Shown here one piece after another: positions 25,707 through 38,959 of a stretch of 64,000 nt of DNA (positions are counted from its first letter, which is position 1; the number at the start of each line of letters is the position of its first letter). The translations under genes were made by a program, and so were the position numbers. The notes under the pieces were generated by a model, which worked only from the letters and a program-made list of their open reading frames with translations, did not search any database and had not been told where the DNA came from. Source of the stretch: Octopus bimaculoides (Eukaryota); the NCBI RefSeq assembly GCF_001194135.2, contig NC_068993.1:11160351-11224350 (forward strand). The letters run 5' to 3'.

Positions 25707-26119
25707 GCTTAAACAAAAGAGAAACGTGTAGACTCGGACAAATACCCATTGACAGAATTTTAGAGAAACAAAACAGAAGGGAAACAGCGTGTTGTTTAGC
25801 TTGCACAATAAGATTAAACTTCATCTGTTAAGTGGCTCAGAATGTCCAATTATTACAGAGATTGTCCATGTTATCTGGTTGGGAAATATGCACCGTGTGA
25901 AGTTTGCTTAGAACATATTAGGTATATCTTTTACTGCAAGCGTATTATTTTCACGAGATCTGTTTCCAATTAGCATCTTAATACCTACTTTGCTTTCTAA
26001 CCAAACCGTCACTTCCTTTATTAGACCACTGCATCGAACTGTTTTATTGACTGACATACCTTCCATCTTGTTCATCTCGCTTCACCTCCGATATTGCAGT
26101 CTTCCCTTTCCGAATTCAT

Positions 26120-26184
26120 TTCCTTTTTCCTTTCTTTCTTTCGTTCTTTCTTTCTTTCTTTCGTTCTTTCTTTCTTTCTTTCGT

Positions 26185-26223
<39 letters not shown>

Positions 26224-26410
26224 ATCTTTCCTTCTTTCCTTCTTTCTTTCTGTCTTTCTTTCTTTCTTTCTTCTGTGCCATCCTTCTCTCCGATTCCTAC
26301 GCTTCTTCTTCTTCTTCTTCTTCTTCTTCTTCTTCTTCTTCTTCTTCTTCTTCTTCTTCTTCTTCTTCTTCTTCCTTTTCTTCTTCTTCCTTTTGTTGTT
26401 CTTCTTCTTC

Positions 26411-26442
<32 letters not shown>

Positions 26443-26464
26443 CGTCATCTTCTTCTTCTTCTTC
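26120..26464. repeat. (CTTT)n followed by (CTT)n, ending at a gap
   Basis: Directly visible. Confidence 0.95.
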
Positions 26465-27229
26465 NNNNNNNNNNNNNNNNNNNNNNNNNNNNNNNNNNNN
26501 NNNNNNNNNNNNNNNNNNNNNNNNNNNNNNNNNNNNNNNNNNNNNNNNNNNNNNNNNNNNNNNNNNNNNNNNNNNNNNNNNNNNNNNNNNNNNNNNNNNN
26601 NNNNNNNNNNNNNNNNNNNNNNNNNNNNNNNNNNNNNNNNNNNNNNNNNNNNNNNNNNNNNNNNNNNNNNNNNNNNNNNNNNNNNNNNNNNNNNNNNNNN
26701 NNNNNNNNNNNNNNNNNNNNNNNNNNNNNNNNNNNNNNNNNNNNNNNNNNNNNNNNNNNNNNNNNNNNNNNNNNNNNNNNNNNNNNNNNNNNNNNNNNNN
26801 NNNNNNNNNNNNNNNNNNNNNNCTTATTACTGCCATCACTGCCAAAGCCAACGTCGATGTTGACGCTATTATCCCAGTGCCGACGGTGTTGGCGACGGTG
26901 CCTGCGGTTACGCAGTTGTCGTTCCTGTCGTTGCAATGGTTGTTGTTGTAGTATAGGTTAGTGTTGCTGTTGGTGCTGCTAATGTTGCTAGTGGTGGTGG
27001 TGGTGGTAGTGTTTATACATATGTATTGGGTGCTGTTATTGTTGTTGGTATTGGAGTAATGGTGCTTTGTTGGAAGTCAGAGAGAATGTTTTATAATTGC
27101 TATGAAGTTGATCATTATCGATAATTTCTTCATCACTGATCTAGGCAACGGGAGTAACTAATGTTCTTGCGCTCATCTATTTCATGATCTCCTTCCTTCT
27201 CTTCTTCTTTCCTTCCTTCATCCACTTAC

Positions 27230-27506
27230 ACACACAGTCATATAGATGTGAGTGTACATATACATACATGGATGCATACATATTTACGTATATATGTACA
27301 CACGAACACACACAGGCGCTGAAACACACACAGATATGATATATATATATATATACACATATGTCCATGCACACATGCGTACGTACATGCTCAGGTCTTC
27401 ATTCGCTTATAAACGTCAACGACATATGCATATATGTACACATATACTCACATACATATATGCATACATGCATACATCCATACATACCTACATACATATA
27501 AGCATG

Positions 27507-27560
<54 letters not shown>

Positions 27561-28089
27561 CATGCACACATGCATACATACGTATATAACTGCATATAGA
27601 CATACATAGATATATACACACATACACACATACAAAGATGTATACGTACATACATACATATAAATATATATACACATATATACACACACATATATACACA
27701 TATACATTCATATAATCATACACACCTTCTTATATGTGCATATATATATTTATATATCTACACACACACATATATCTACATACACGTACATGCACATACA
27801 CATACACTCATACATACACATATGCAGCCATATATGCATACATATATACATACATATATACATACACACACACATATATATATATACCTTTATATTTCTA
27901 AATACACATACATACACATATATAGCCATATATACATACATATATACATACATATATATATACATACACACACATAATAGACATATGCAGCCATATATAC
28001 ATATATATATATATACATACACATACACATACACATACATATATATTTATATATCTACATACACATACGTACATATATAAATACATAGA

Positions 28090-28125
<36 letters not shown>
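27230..28125. repeat. TA/CA/TACA mosaic low-complexity tract (similar tracts at 41815-43680, 48620-49020, 59790-60205, 62080-62500)
   Basis: Directly visible. Source of the YIYI/HTHT ORFs. Confidence 0.95.
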
Positions 28126-28126
<1 letters not shown>

Positions 28127-28721
28127 TCTTCGCTCAGTCATTTACTCACCGAACCTCCGAACGATGGCACCTGTACACCACACTACTGAATTCAAATCCT
28201 TTTACATTGTTATAATCAATAATAGTTATTGTTACACTTTATCAAAATCGAAACCAGTGATGATAGCTTTAACATACATAGTATATTGTAATAGAGACGG
28301 ACAATAGTAAAGGGTTGGCGGTGGAAGTAGTTGAGACACAATTATATATCTGCCGTGTCAATGAAAGATAATTATGCAGCTCAGAGGGAAAATTAAATAA
28401 ACATCTGTGTTAATAATGATGGCTGCCATCTAGTTATAGTCAAGACAGCAGAATATGGAGTCATTCGACGTATGAAGAGACGTACAATACTTTTCCTTAC
28501 AGATAAGCACACATGCATACGCCTACAACCATACCACCACCCACACACGAACACACACGCGCGATCACAGACACACACAGACACACACACGAACATATAC
28601 ACACAAATTAATCTCTATTTATCTATGCATGCATTTATATGCGCGTGTTTTTATGTGTGTGTATGCATATGTAACAATTTGCATACATGCACCCCCATGC
28701 GCGCGCACATACATGCATATT

Positions 28722-28819
<98 letters not shown>

Positions 28820-30324
28820 CATATATACATATATGCATACAAACATATACATGCGTATATATAAATATATAAATATATTTAAATATATATATATATTAAT
28901 GTATGTATAAATATGTATATAAGGGTATATATGATATATATATCATGTATATATATATAAAAAAAGTACCTATTTATATGTATATAACAATATACATATA
29001 CATTGCATATATGCATTATATATGAATGTAAGCTTGGATGTGTGCGTATACTTATATAAGCATCTATACGTATATAAGCAGAGTAATCTTTAAGAGGGAA
29101 CTCGTTAAATTGGAAATATCAGAAAGATAACAATTTAGCTTCATTACGTAAAATATGATAGCTTAGTTGAATGTAGGTTTTGTGGGGAAAGATTTGGAAG
29201 CTAGCCAAAATGTTTCCTTGTATGGCAAACGAAATATCTCATAGCTGAAGTTATGCAATTTCTTAGCATGCGACCAACTATCGTATTTCAAAATAAAGCA
29301 AGTAAGCTAGTGTTTGTATGTAATTTCTTGCATTCAACTGAGATCCATACTAAATGAGAAACATTTGCTGTTGGTTAAAGGCATGAATTTGTATTAGTTT
29401 CACTAATACGTATACGATTTTCTAGAAAGCAATGTGATCTAGCTAGTTGGAGCAGAAATATTCTTATTTAGTTTCCCTGTAGCAAAACAAATTTTCAACA
29501 TGGCGTTATTATTGATCTATTCTCTTCTTCATCTCGAGTTTTTGTTGTATTGCCAAATATCCAGATTTATATTATATGCATTAACAGATATTTTATACAG
29601 AGCTATCTTTAACAATATACCTAATTCCACGGATGCTGATTTTTTTTTACAACAGAAATATTAGTGGGAAAATAACAACCATTAAGAGTTAAAAAAGTAT
29701 ATATATTTCAAAGAAAGTGAAATAACCTACAGAATATATATACACTTAAGAGATTTACTATTATAATTTTTTTCGATTGCATAAAAAAAAACCCCTATTT
29801 TACTAAAGAAAATCTAACAACATACAAATAGCATGTACAGATTTAATTCGATTGTAGTAGAATACACTGTAGTTGATTTCTATATCTATTTGGTAGTAGA
29901 TATCTGTGCATGCTAGATTTGACGGCTGTTGAACACTTTTACGACGATAATCAGATGCGGCTTGCAATGAGAATATGAGAAAGGGAAGAAATGAAAGACT
30001 GAAAGGAACGTGAGTAGTTCGTTAGTATTGGCTCTCGACACGAAGTAGTATAGTGATCTTGAAGAAAATCATTGTGTATATGTAAAAACACACGCATACA
30101 TACATATCTGTGTATATGTATATTGATGTATATATATACTTGTAAACTCACAGACAAAGGCACATATGAATTAATGATTGTCAAGAGAACAAGACTAATG
30201 TAATTACATTCATTAGCTCACAGTTGTTTCTGCTATGAAATGCGCCTCACTCAGAGGTGAGTGTAATATTCCCTAGGTTCCTTGGTGCGATGGAATGATT
30301 ATTGGTATTGTTATACTTAAGCTA

Positions 30325-30359
<35 letters not shown>

Positions 30360-30394
30360 CAATCAATCAATCAATCAATCAATCCATCAATCAT

Positions 30395-30490
<96 letters not shown>

Positions 30491-31927
30491 CAACGGATAT
30501 CGCAAGGCTGCATATTGTGAACATTAACTGGAGAACCTACTGACTACAAGGGAAGGGTAAACTATTTTTAATAGTTTTATCAACAGTAGCTTCGAAGTTT
30601 CACTAACAGTTGGTGTGTGACGATGCAAGACTTAGGCGATGCGTAGGAACAATCTGCCTTGCTCTAGTTAGAAATTTACAGTCAAAATCAAAATTACAGT
30701 TCTGTTTATCTAAATTGTAGCAGCAAAATTACAATCTATTTTTCTTGTTAACTTATACAAAAGCCGGTTCCAACACGTGTAGTTTTTTCATGCATTGACA
30801 GGAGATATGAGCTCAGCTGTGTACAGAAATGGTCTGAAAAGATTCTCACAGATCTCAGAACTTGAAGAAAAACTATACAGTAAAGTAAAGCCTTTGCTGA
30901 ATCTAACTGAAGGAGTGCATATATTTTCATTGAATTCTGCTGGTAACTACAATGAAATTTCTTGAGATACTATCTGATGTGAGAATCGCTAAGTAGAGCA
31001 CTATCTTGAAAAGTAGGAATAACGTCTGTGGTGAGATTGTTAGATTCCGCTTTAACATTGTGCGTATTGAAAACCTTGAATATGTTTGCTTGGAAGTAAC
31101 CTACTTATGAATAAAATATTGCTTGCTGATTGTTGGGTGAAGCTTAACGAGTTATGGATTCATGCATATTCAGTGTACATTAGCACCTTGCTCAAACCAT
31201 GTTGTGTGGCTTGTAACTTTGTCGAATATATCGCTATCATGGAAGAAATGAGAAATGCTCCGAATGATACCGATTTTAAGTTCCTAAATATAACTGAGTG
31301 TGGTGGAAATTCCTACGAATACAAAAGACTTTATATTTCTATACAGATATTCTTTGCTTGAAGTCCCTAAATTTAAAATAGGTTTGGATCATAACGATAG
31401 ATATACATAGGTTAAACTTCTTAAAGTTTTCTATTAAATGTTTCTTAAATACATCCACGGCATGACTATTTGAACAGAAATTACTAATCTGTAGGTTATG
31501 AAAAATTGGAGATGGAGGGCTGATCAGTTCAACATGTGGAAGCTGTGACTTACTCAACACCGAAAAGTAAGCGTACGAACGATCGAACTTAATTTTCATA
31601 TCTATAAAACTTCCACCAATGCATTTCTAAGTCATACTGTTAATAAAATGCAGAACATACGCACATACATAGCCCCACCATATATANNNNNNNNNNNNNN
31701 NNNNNNNNNNNNNNNNNNNNNNNNNNNNNNNNNNNNNNNNNNNNNNNNNNNNNNNNNNNNNNNNNNNNNNNNNNNNNNNNNNNNNNNNNNNNNNNNNNTA
31801 TGTATGTAATTATGTATATATATGTATATATAAAACAATGGGCTATAGAAAGCAAATGCCGCATGCTGGTCGATATTTAAATATCAATAACTATAACAGA
31901 TTCATTGTAATGTTCCTCTGAAACTAT

Positions 31928-32156
31928 TTAATTAACCTTGATGTTCCAGGTAAAAGAATCCTTTACAAAAGTGTTAAGACAACAAGAAAGAAATATGCTT
32001 GTGATGCCGGTCACATTTCTCTGTGAAATCCACTCATAAGATGAGGCTGCCAAGAACCGGCATGTTAAGCTAATCGACGCAATATTTCTTTCATGTTCCC
32101 CTTAACACTTTTGCAAAGGATTGGTGTATTTCACACGGAATAAGAGAACTAATTAA
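31928..32156. mobile_element. Fold-back (near-palindromic) MITE-like element
   Basis: ATCCTTTACAAAAGTGTTAAG (31958-31978) versus CTTAACACTTTTGCAAAGGAT (32101-32121) is a 20/21 inverted match. Complementarity extends inward (gaaagaaatat, atgccggt) and outward to TTAATTA ends. Confidence 0.75.
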
Positions 32157-32345
32157 CTACATGTAAAGCATCACATCAATATCTTTGTTAGTGTTATTAT
32201 TGATTTTAATGATCTCTCTGATATTTATATAGTCTTCAATGACACAGTTATTTTTCGCATGAATCCACAATTGCTCCAAGATTCCTGCCTGCTGTCTGCC
32301 TGCCTGTCTGTCTGCCTGTCTGTCTGCCTGTCTGTCTATCTATCA

Positions 32346-32404
<59 letters not shown>

Positions 32405-32524
32405 GGAGCCACCTTGAGCATAACCCTATAAAGGAGTAAAAAAATCAAGAAAAACAAAACAAAACAAAAAGGCAAAAGAGAGTTACTTACTGTTATGGTT
32501 TCTTCAAAGACAATGACAATGTTG

Positions 32525-32810
32525 GCCAAGGTTACCGTGGTCTTTTCCGTAGGCTTTTCTTTCCGCGGCTAAACCTAAACTGTCCTCCCTTTTTACACGA
32601 GAACATTGGTGTGATACACGATCCCTATTGATCGCTTTTATTTTTTTCTCGATCCCTTTTGACCGAACTCTCCCCCCTTTTTTTCTTCTTTCCTACGAAC
32701 TCTTTTGATTGCCCCCTTTTTCTCTCTCCTTCTCCGTCCCCAAAAGAAAAGCTCTACATTGCATTTGTCCCCTCTATGTAAAGCCCTGTGTGGTTAATAA
32801 GAGAAATGCA
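32525..32810 (+). mobile_element. Probable LINE 3' UTR fragment
   Basis: Pyrimidine-rich segment ending tttgtcccctctatgtaaagccctgtgtggttaataagagaaat, then (ATCT)n. The tail is shared with 23380-23438 and 46990-47060(-). Confidence 0.55.
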
Positions 32811-33544
32811 TCTATCTATCTATCTATCTATCTATCTCTTCATACATANNNNNNNNNNNNNNNNNNNNNNNNNNNNNNNNNNNNNNNNNNNNNNNNNNNN
32901 NNNNNNNNNNNNNNNNNNNNNNNNNNNNNNNNNNNNNNNNNNNNNNNNNNNNNNNNNNNNNNNNNNNNNNNNNNNNNNNNNNNNNNNNNNNNNNNNNNNN
33001 NNNNNNNNNNNNNNNNNNNNNNNNNNNNNNNNNNNNNNNNNNNNNNNNNNNNNNNNNNNTATATATCTATATATATATATAGATATATATATAAAGGTCA
33101 GTCTTTGCCCAACGGCTTCACTCTGCGTGCTTCAGCTTCTTTACTATGGCAACAGTCCGGACACTTATTGACCCGACCACGTACTTGACCTCACTTGCAG
33201 TTTCTTTTCCTGTCAAACTCCTATTTTATCCACAAAGTACGTGATCATTAATCAAGCACGTTAATATTTTTTTAAATTATATTATTATTCTGTTTTTCAA
33301 AAATTCAAAAGAAAGTTTACAGATGTAAAAATATATTACTGGGGGAATAAAAAAACCCAGAAAGAATTACATTTCAAATCATTGTGCAAATGGTCGATGA
33401 AATTTTGAATTTTTGACGAAGAAAGAAATGAGCACTTAAAAAAAGTTTTTCAAGTAGGAGAAAAAAACAGAAGAGAGAAGCGAAAAATATCAGAAAGAAG
33501 GAGGAGGATTTCTTATATTAAGGACCTTTAAGAAAAATTGATAT

Positions 33545-33749
33545 TATCAGTAATAATAATAGTAATAATAATAATGATGATGATAATAATGATGATAATA
33601 ATAATAATAATAATAACAATAATAATAATAATAATAATAAAGATATCAGCAACAATAACAACAACAACAACAACACTAATAATAATAATTATAATAAATA
33701 TAAAAATAATAATGATAGCAATAATAATAATAATAATAATAATGATAAC

Positions 33750-33794
<45 letters not shown>

Positions 33795-33836
33795 TATAAT
33801 AATTATAAAAATGATAATAACAACAACAACAACAAC

Positions 33837-33900
<64 letters not shown>

Positions 33901-34575
33901 GTAAGAGTAAGAGTAACATAAAAAGTGAAAGTAACAAAACATCCGTTGTAGGTTGTGGCCACTTCATGCACACCTTCGAGTATTGTCAAGTACCCGTAAT
34001 ATGTTTTTTTTTAAAAAGAAAGAAAAGTGATAAATTACGATCGTATTGCATACTGGTAACACTTTTACGTTAAAAATCGTTGATTCAAAATCTTCCCCAA
34101 CACAATGAAACCGATGATGGTGATGATGATGATGATGACGACGACGACGACGATGATGATGATGATGATGGTGATGGTGATGGTGGTGGTGGTGATGATG
34201 ATGATGATGATGATGATGACGACAATAGCGTTATGACGAAGCGTATTAAGAGCATGTAAAAGACGATAACGATTGATGATGAATTATTACAACGACAACG
34301 ATGACAACACTGATGTCGATGACGATGAACATGATGGTGATGATGCTGTTGATGATGACGACGACGATGACGAGGACAATGATGATGACAAAGCGGATGA
34401 AGAGCAAGTAAAGGATGATGACAACTGACGATGAATTGTGACGTCGAAGACGACGATGATAATGATGATGACGACGATGATAATGATGATGACGACGACG
34501 ACGACGATGATAATAATGGTAATTATGAAGATGATGACAAAGAAATCATCGACAGCGACTATGACGACAACGATG
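33545..34575. repeat. (AAT/AAC)n tract (33545-33920) and (GAT/GAC)n tract (34110-34575)
   Basis: Directly visible. Confidence 0.95.
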
Positions 34576-35737
34576 AGATTGTAAGTAATATATTCGTCAC
34601 ATGATAGCACCTACGCTCAGCTAAGATTCCATTGCTCGGTGCCATCGTTCGCTATTATTTTCACTAATTTCCTTAAAAAATTCATTACATCAACATTTTT
34701 TGCAATGTCTCTGATGACAAAATAATTTCTGTTTTTCCATTTTTTTGGTTCCTTTTTGTCGATTCGTTTTGATGTAGCTGCTTGATATTTTCAACAATTT
34801 TCGTTTTCTCTATGATGTTTTGATGTTGTAAACACCGTCTACTCTCAGCACCACTAACTTTTCCTGGTTGATGTGAGATCTCGTAAAATCCCGATACATC
34901 TCCGTAACACTACGCGTATGGTTTACATCGTTTAATATATCCCAAATGGCGAACATGAAGCACATTATGCCGCCATGACAGGTAGACACGGCTCTTCTAT
35001 GACTTAGTGCAGGGAGAATGTCCTTCATGGTCTTTATTGTCTGTATCAATGGCTCCAGGGCCGGAACATACAGGAAAGGCGAGAGAGAGAGAGAGAGATT
35101 ATATCATTGATGGACTGAAGGTTCGATGCTAAGCGATTTCCAGAGGCTTCTGTTTGGTTTTAACAACCAATGAAAAACAAAATTAAAATGTTACTGAAAT
35201 TCTAACTGAAGCAGTGTGAAGTTCCTTCAGAAAATATTGAGCGATAGTTGTGGACAGATACGAACTTGTCAATCTGTTGCAAAATTGTATGCGAAAAAGA
35301 AACTCATGTGAAAAAAAAAAGGCTTATTCAAACTAGGTAGAGTTATATACAATCTACGAACAGCATAACTAAGAGACGAACAGCTAAATAATACTATTAC
35401 ACCAACAGGAAATAAAATAAATTGGAATCGTTTCAACCAGTTTCTATGTCTGTACGTTAATTTAAATTTACTTCCGTTTTTTAACATAATTAATGAACTA
35501 TGAACTATGAAATAAAATGACTTCCTTTTAGTGAAATATCTCTACTAACAATTCCACATACTAATCAATGTCTACCTCTCTCTTTGCCAAAATATATCAT
35601 TTATGTAATTAGTAGAATCTTAATTAATTTTAACTGAAAGGATTCAGTACAAATACCAGCATCTATTTACGAAATTTAGGGACTCTGTAGATGAAACGTG
35701 AGCGAGAAGACCGACTAAATATCTAAAGGTTACCTTA

Positions 35738-35948
35738 CAGTAATACCTCGACTATCACGGGTGTTACGTTCCAAAAACCCCGCGATAGGTGAAAATCGAC
35801 GAAGAAGAAACAGTACTGTACTGTATATATCTTTTATAATTTGTATATATTTATTTTTTATAAATGCAAAACAACACCACAGAGGGATCGACGTAAGCTT
35901 AAATGATAAACCGCGTTAAGTGAACCGCGAGATGGCGAGGGTATACTG
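35738..35948. mobile_element. pogo/Tigger-like MITE (211 bp) with TA TSD
   Basis: TA|CAGTAATACCTCGACTATCACGG ... CCGCGAGATGGCGAGGGTATACTG|TA gives imperfect TIRs with CAGTA termini. Confidence 0.8.
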
Positions 35949-36676
35949 TACTTCATAATTTTTATTCAGAAGAAAAGAATATATATCTCTCAACAGATGA
36001 GAAACTATCTACCTCATTCACTCTTTCTTTCGCCCCACTCTTTCCCCGCTATCTCATTGATTACACATACACACATCCATAATGATCTCTCTTATTTTCC
36101 GGGAAAATCCCGGAGAAAAGGTATCACTTATAACCGGGTTTTGATTCAGAGAGCGAGATAATTTCATTACCTTCGAACCCTCGGTTAATGGTATTTCTGG
36201 CGTCGTGAACAGGCATTTTGTCTCACTTACTGCTGTTCTTGCTTCCACTCTCGTTGTCTACATACTCATTTTCGCTGCCTTTATTATGCCTCTGTAAAGA
36301 GAGCCTTTAAAATTGCTTATTTACTAATAGACGTTTAAGAGATCAGCTTCCTGCTTCGTAACACCAATTCTTCTGTTTATATTTCAGCACTCACAATAAT
36401 CATTTGTTATTAGGACTTGACATACCATTGTAGTTACCTCGCATTTCATCGCTTACACTACGGTTTAAGAAGTTGACAAGAATTTTAAGTTCAACATCGC
36501 CACCAAAGTTCTATGTGTCTTTTTTTGTTCTATGCATTGGAGCGCCAATTTGTGAACAGCTGAGTACTGCACACTGTTTGTCTTTGAAAATTCAGGACTA
36601 ACTGTCACGTATTCTGCTCTCATCAACGTGTTCCATACATCTCTCGGGGCTTCGATCTTTATTTTGCTTAGCTTAA

Positions 36677-37079
36677 AGGGGACAACGAGTCTCCCTGGAA
36701 AATTTCCCTTTTGATATTAACTTTCCCTAAGAGTGCGTCACCTGAGTATAGATCTACTTACCATTTCTTCATGCTAAAGCGAATCAATTCTCTTATGATG
36801 TCTGCTATACTGAATATACTCAAACATTCACTCGTCCATGAGTGTGGGATCATGTCATAAGCTTTCCTATAATCTAATTATGCTATTGTTAGATTTTTCG
36901 TGCTAGCTTTAATTTCATTTCGAACTGCTTTGTCTATGTATAATAGATCATGGGTTTCTTTAGCCTTCTTCCTGAAACCTTTCTGTTCTTCTGGTAGTAA
37001 AACTCTGGTTCTCAAGATGCTCGTAAATGCTTCCTGAAAACATACCTGTTAACAACTTCCACACTAATGGTAAGCACTG
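36677..37079 (-). mobile_element. R4/Dong-like non-LTR retrotransposon reverse transcriptase fragment (stops, frameshift)
   Basis: CLPLVWKLLTG...LLPEEQKGFRK...LLYIDK...LDYRKAYDMIPHSW...KREIFQGDSLSPL covers the conserved N-terminal RT motifs. Confidence 0.9.
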
Positions 37080-37091
37080 ATTAGTCTAAAG

Positions 37092-37144
<53 letters not shown>

Positions 37145-37170
37145 ACAATAATAATAATAACAACAACAAC

Positions 37171-37222
<52 letters not shown>

Positions 37223-37224
37223 TT

Positions 37225-37474
37225 AATAAAAACAGAAAAAAATATTCAGACAAATACATAACAAAAGCACCAGGACTTACAAATATATATAACATACAGA
37301 AAATTGCACTACTGGGCACTGCACACATCCTACGCAAAACACTTTCAATACAGTAACCATAAGAGCATCACAGCAAACCACAGCACATGCCCAAGGCGCA
37401 CAGAGCTGCGCTCGGTAGTGAAGTGAAAGCACGTTATAAAAATAAAACTACTGAACAATAATAATAATAATAAT
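37225..37474 (+). mobile_element. 3' end of an R4/Dong-like LINE, flanked on both sides by (AAT)n
   Basis: PGLTNIYNIQKIA/LGTAHILRKTLSIQ* (stop 37354-37356), ~100-bp 3' UTR, then an (AAT)n tail. Confidence 0.75.
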
Positions 37475-38024
37475 CATTATTATTATTATCATTATCATTA
37501 TTATTATTATCATTATTATTGTTGTTATTATTTTATTATTATTCACATTTCATTTAAAATGCAGCTGTTTGTAAAAAAGCAATAAGGCAATGAGATTGTC
37601 TTGTAATTTCTATTTTAGATGAAATGACTACTTTAAAGCTACATTTCAGTTTTGTCAAGTGTTTGTAATTTAACGTGGGAAGAAAAACAGACAAATTACT
37701 GTGGATTAAGAACTGAAATAGTTTCTTTTAAAATCAATTTATCAACTTCATCACCACCAACAGCTACAAAAAAAAGCAATAATAACAAAAACACCGAAAG
37801 CACAAAAAAGAACAAGAAAAAATAAAATAAACAGTTATGGAAAGAACAACAACAAAAATGCAATGGTGAAATCGTCGACGACAACATTTACCACAGCACC
37901 ATCGTCGTCGTCCTCGTCATTGTCGTTGACGTCATCATCATCAGCAGCAGCAGAAGCAACAACATTAACAACTCCACCAACAACAATAACAAAAACAATA
38001 ATAATAATAATAATTATTATTACA

Positions 38025-38490
38025 ATGCATGACTACGTTATTCAACAAACAGAGGATGTTGGAAGTAAAGAACGATAAATGTGGTTGACTGACGGAAACC
38101 CGAAACGAAAAACCGAAGCACTAATTGTAGCTGCTCAGGATCAAGCCATTAAGACAAATTTGGTAAAGGCAAACATTGATAAAATTTTAGCAAGGGAGAA
38201 AATGCAGGATCTGCTCGAAAGGAAACGAAAATATTGAGTATCTCTGATGTGAATGCAGTAAACTTGCACAAAATGAATACATGCACAGACATGATGGTAG
38301 CTTAGCGTGTGAGTTTAAAGTAGCTGAAAAATGATATGAACAGGAGACAGACGATGTGCTAGAGAATATGACTTATAAGATTTCATGGGACTTTCTCTTA
38401 AAGGCTGATCATATTATTGAAGTAAGAAGCTCAGATATAACTGTAGAAAACTAAAGATACGATGTAAGATCATGGATTTTGCCACAAGGG
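38025..38490 (+). mobile_element. R4/Dong-like LINE C-terminal fragment (CCHC knuckle + restriction-like endonuclease)
   Basis: TEALIVAAQDQAIKTN...CRICSKGNENIEYL*CECSKLAQNEYMHRHD...ISWDF...RSSDI (decayed PD)...MDFA. Confidence 0.88.
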
Positions 38491-38500
38491 TTACAAGTAA

Positions 38501-38718
38501 TAATACTTTCTACTGTAGGCACATGACCTGAAATTTTTGGGGAGGATGTATGTCGATCATGTCAACCCCAGTACTTGACTTTATCATGTCAACCACAGTA
38601 CTTGACTTTATCGATCCCGAAAGGCGGAATGGCAAAATTGACCTTGGCGGAATTTGAACTCAGAACGTAGCGGCAGGGGAAATACCGTTAAGCATTTCGC
38701 CCGGTGTGCTATCGATTC
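38501..38718 (-). mobile_element. SINE family 3 (Deu/Nin-like) with internal 27-bp tandem duplication
   Basis: Reverse complement matches the 23248 copy (gagttcaaattccgcc...ttccgcctttcgggatcgataaag). Duplicated unit atcatgtcaacc(c/a)cagtacttgacttt at 38556-38609. Confidence 0.8.
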
Positions 38719-38959
38719 AATAATAAACACATACATTGGACGTGAAAGATCATGGAAGACATAAAATAAACGGTGGAGGTGGCTGAACAAATTTATATGA
38801 ATAGAGCATGGATGTGAGGAGGATGTATGAGAGACGGATTGAAACTTCAGTAAAATATAAAAACCATATAAAATATTAGACAACACAGTAATTAAAACAA
38901 GATATATATAATTATATAAAACCTTTGAAGCTATTGGTTGCCAATATACACATGGCTAA

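Noticed and set aside
28159-34640. 14-bp inverted match CGAACGATGGCACC between 28.16 kb and 34.63 kb
   Set aside because: It does not extend, and matches of this length are expected by chance in 64 kb.
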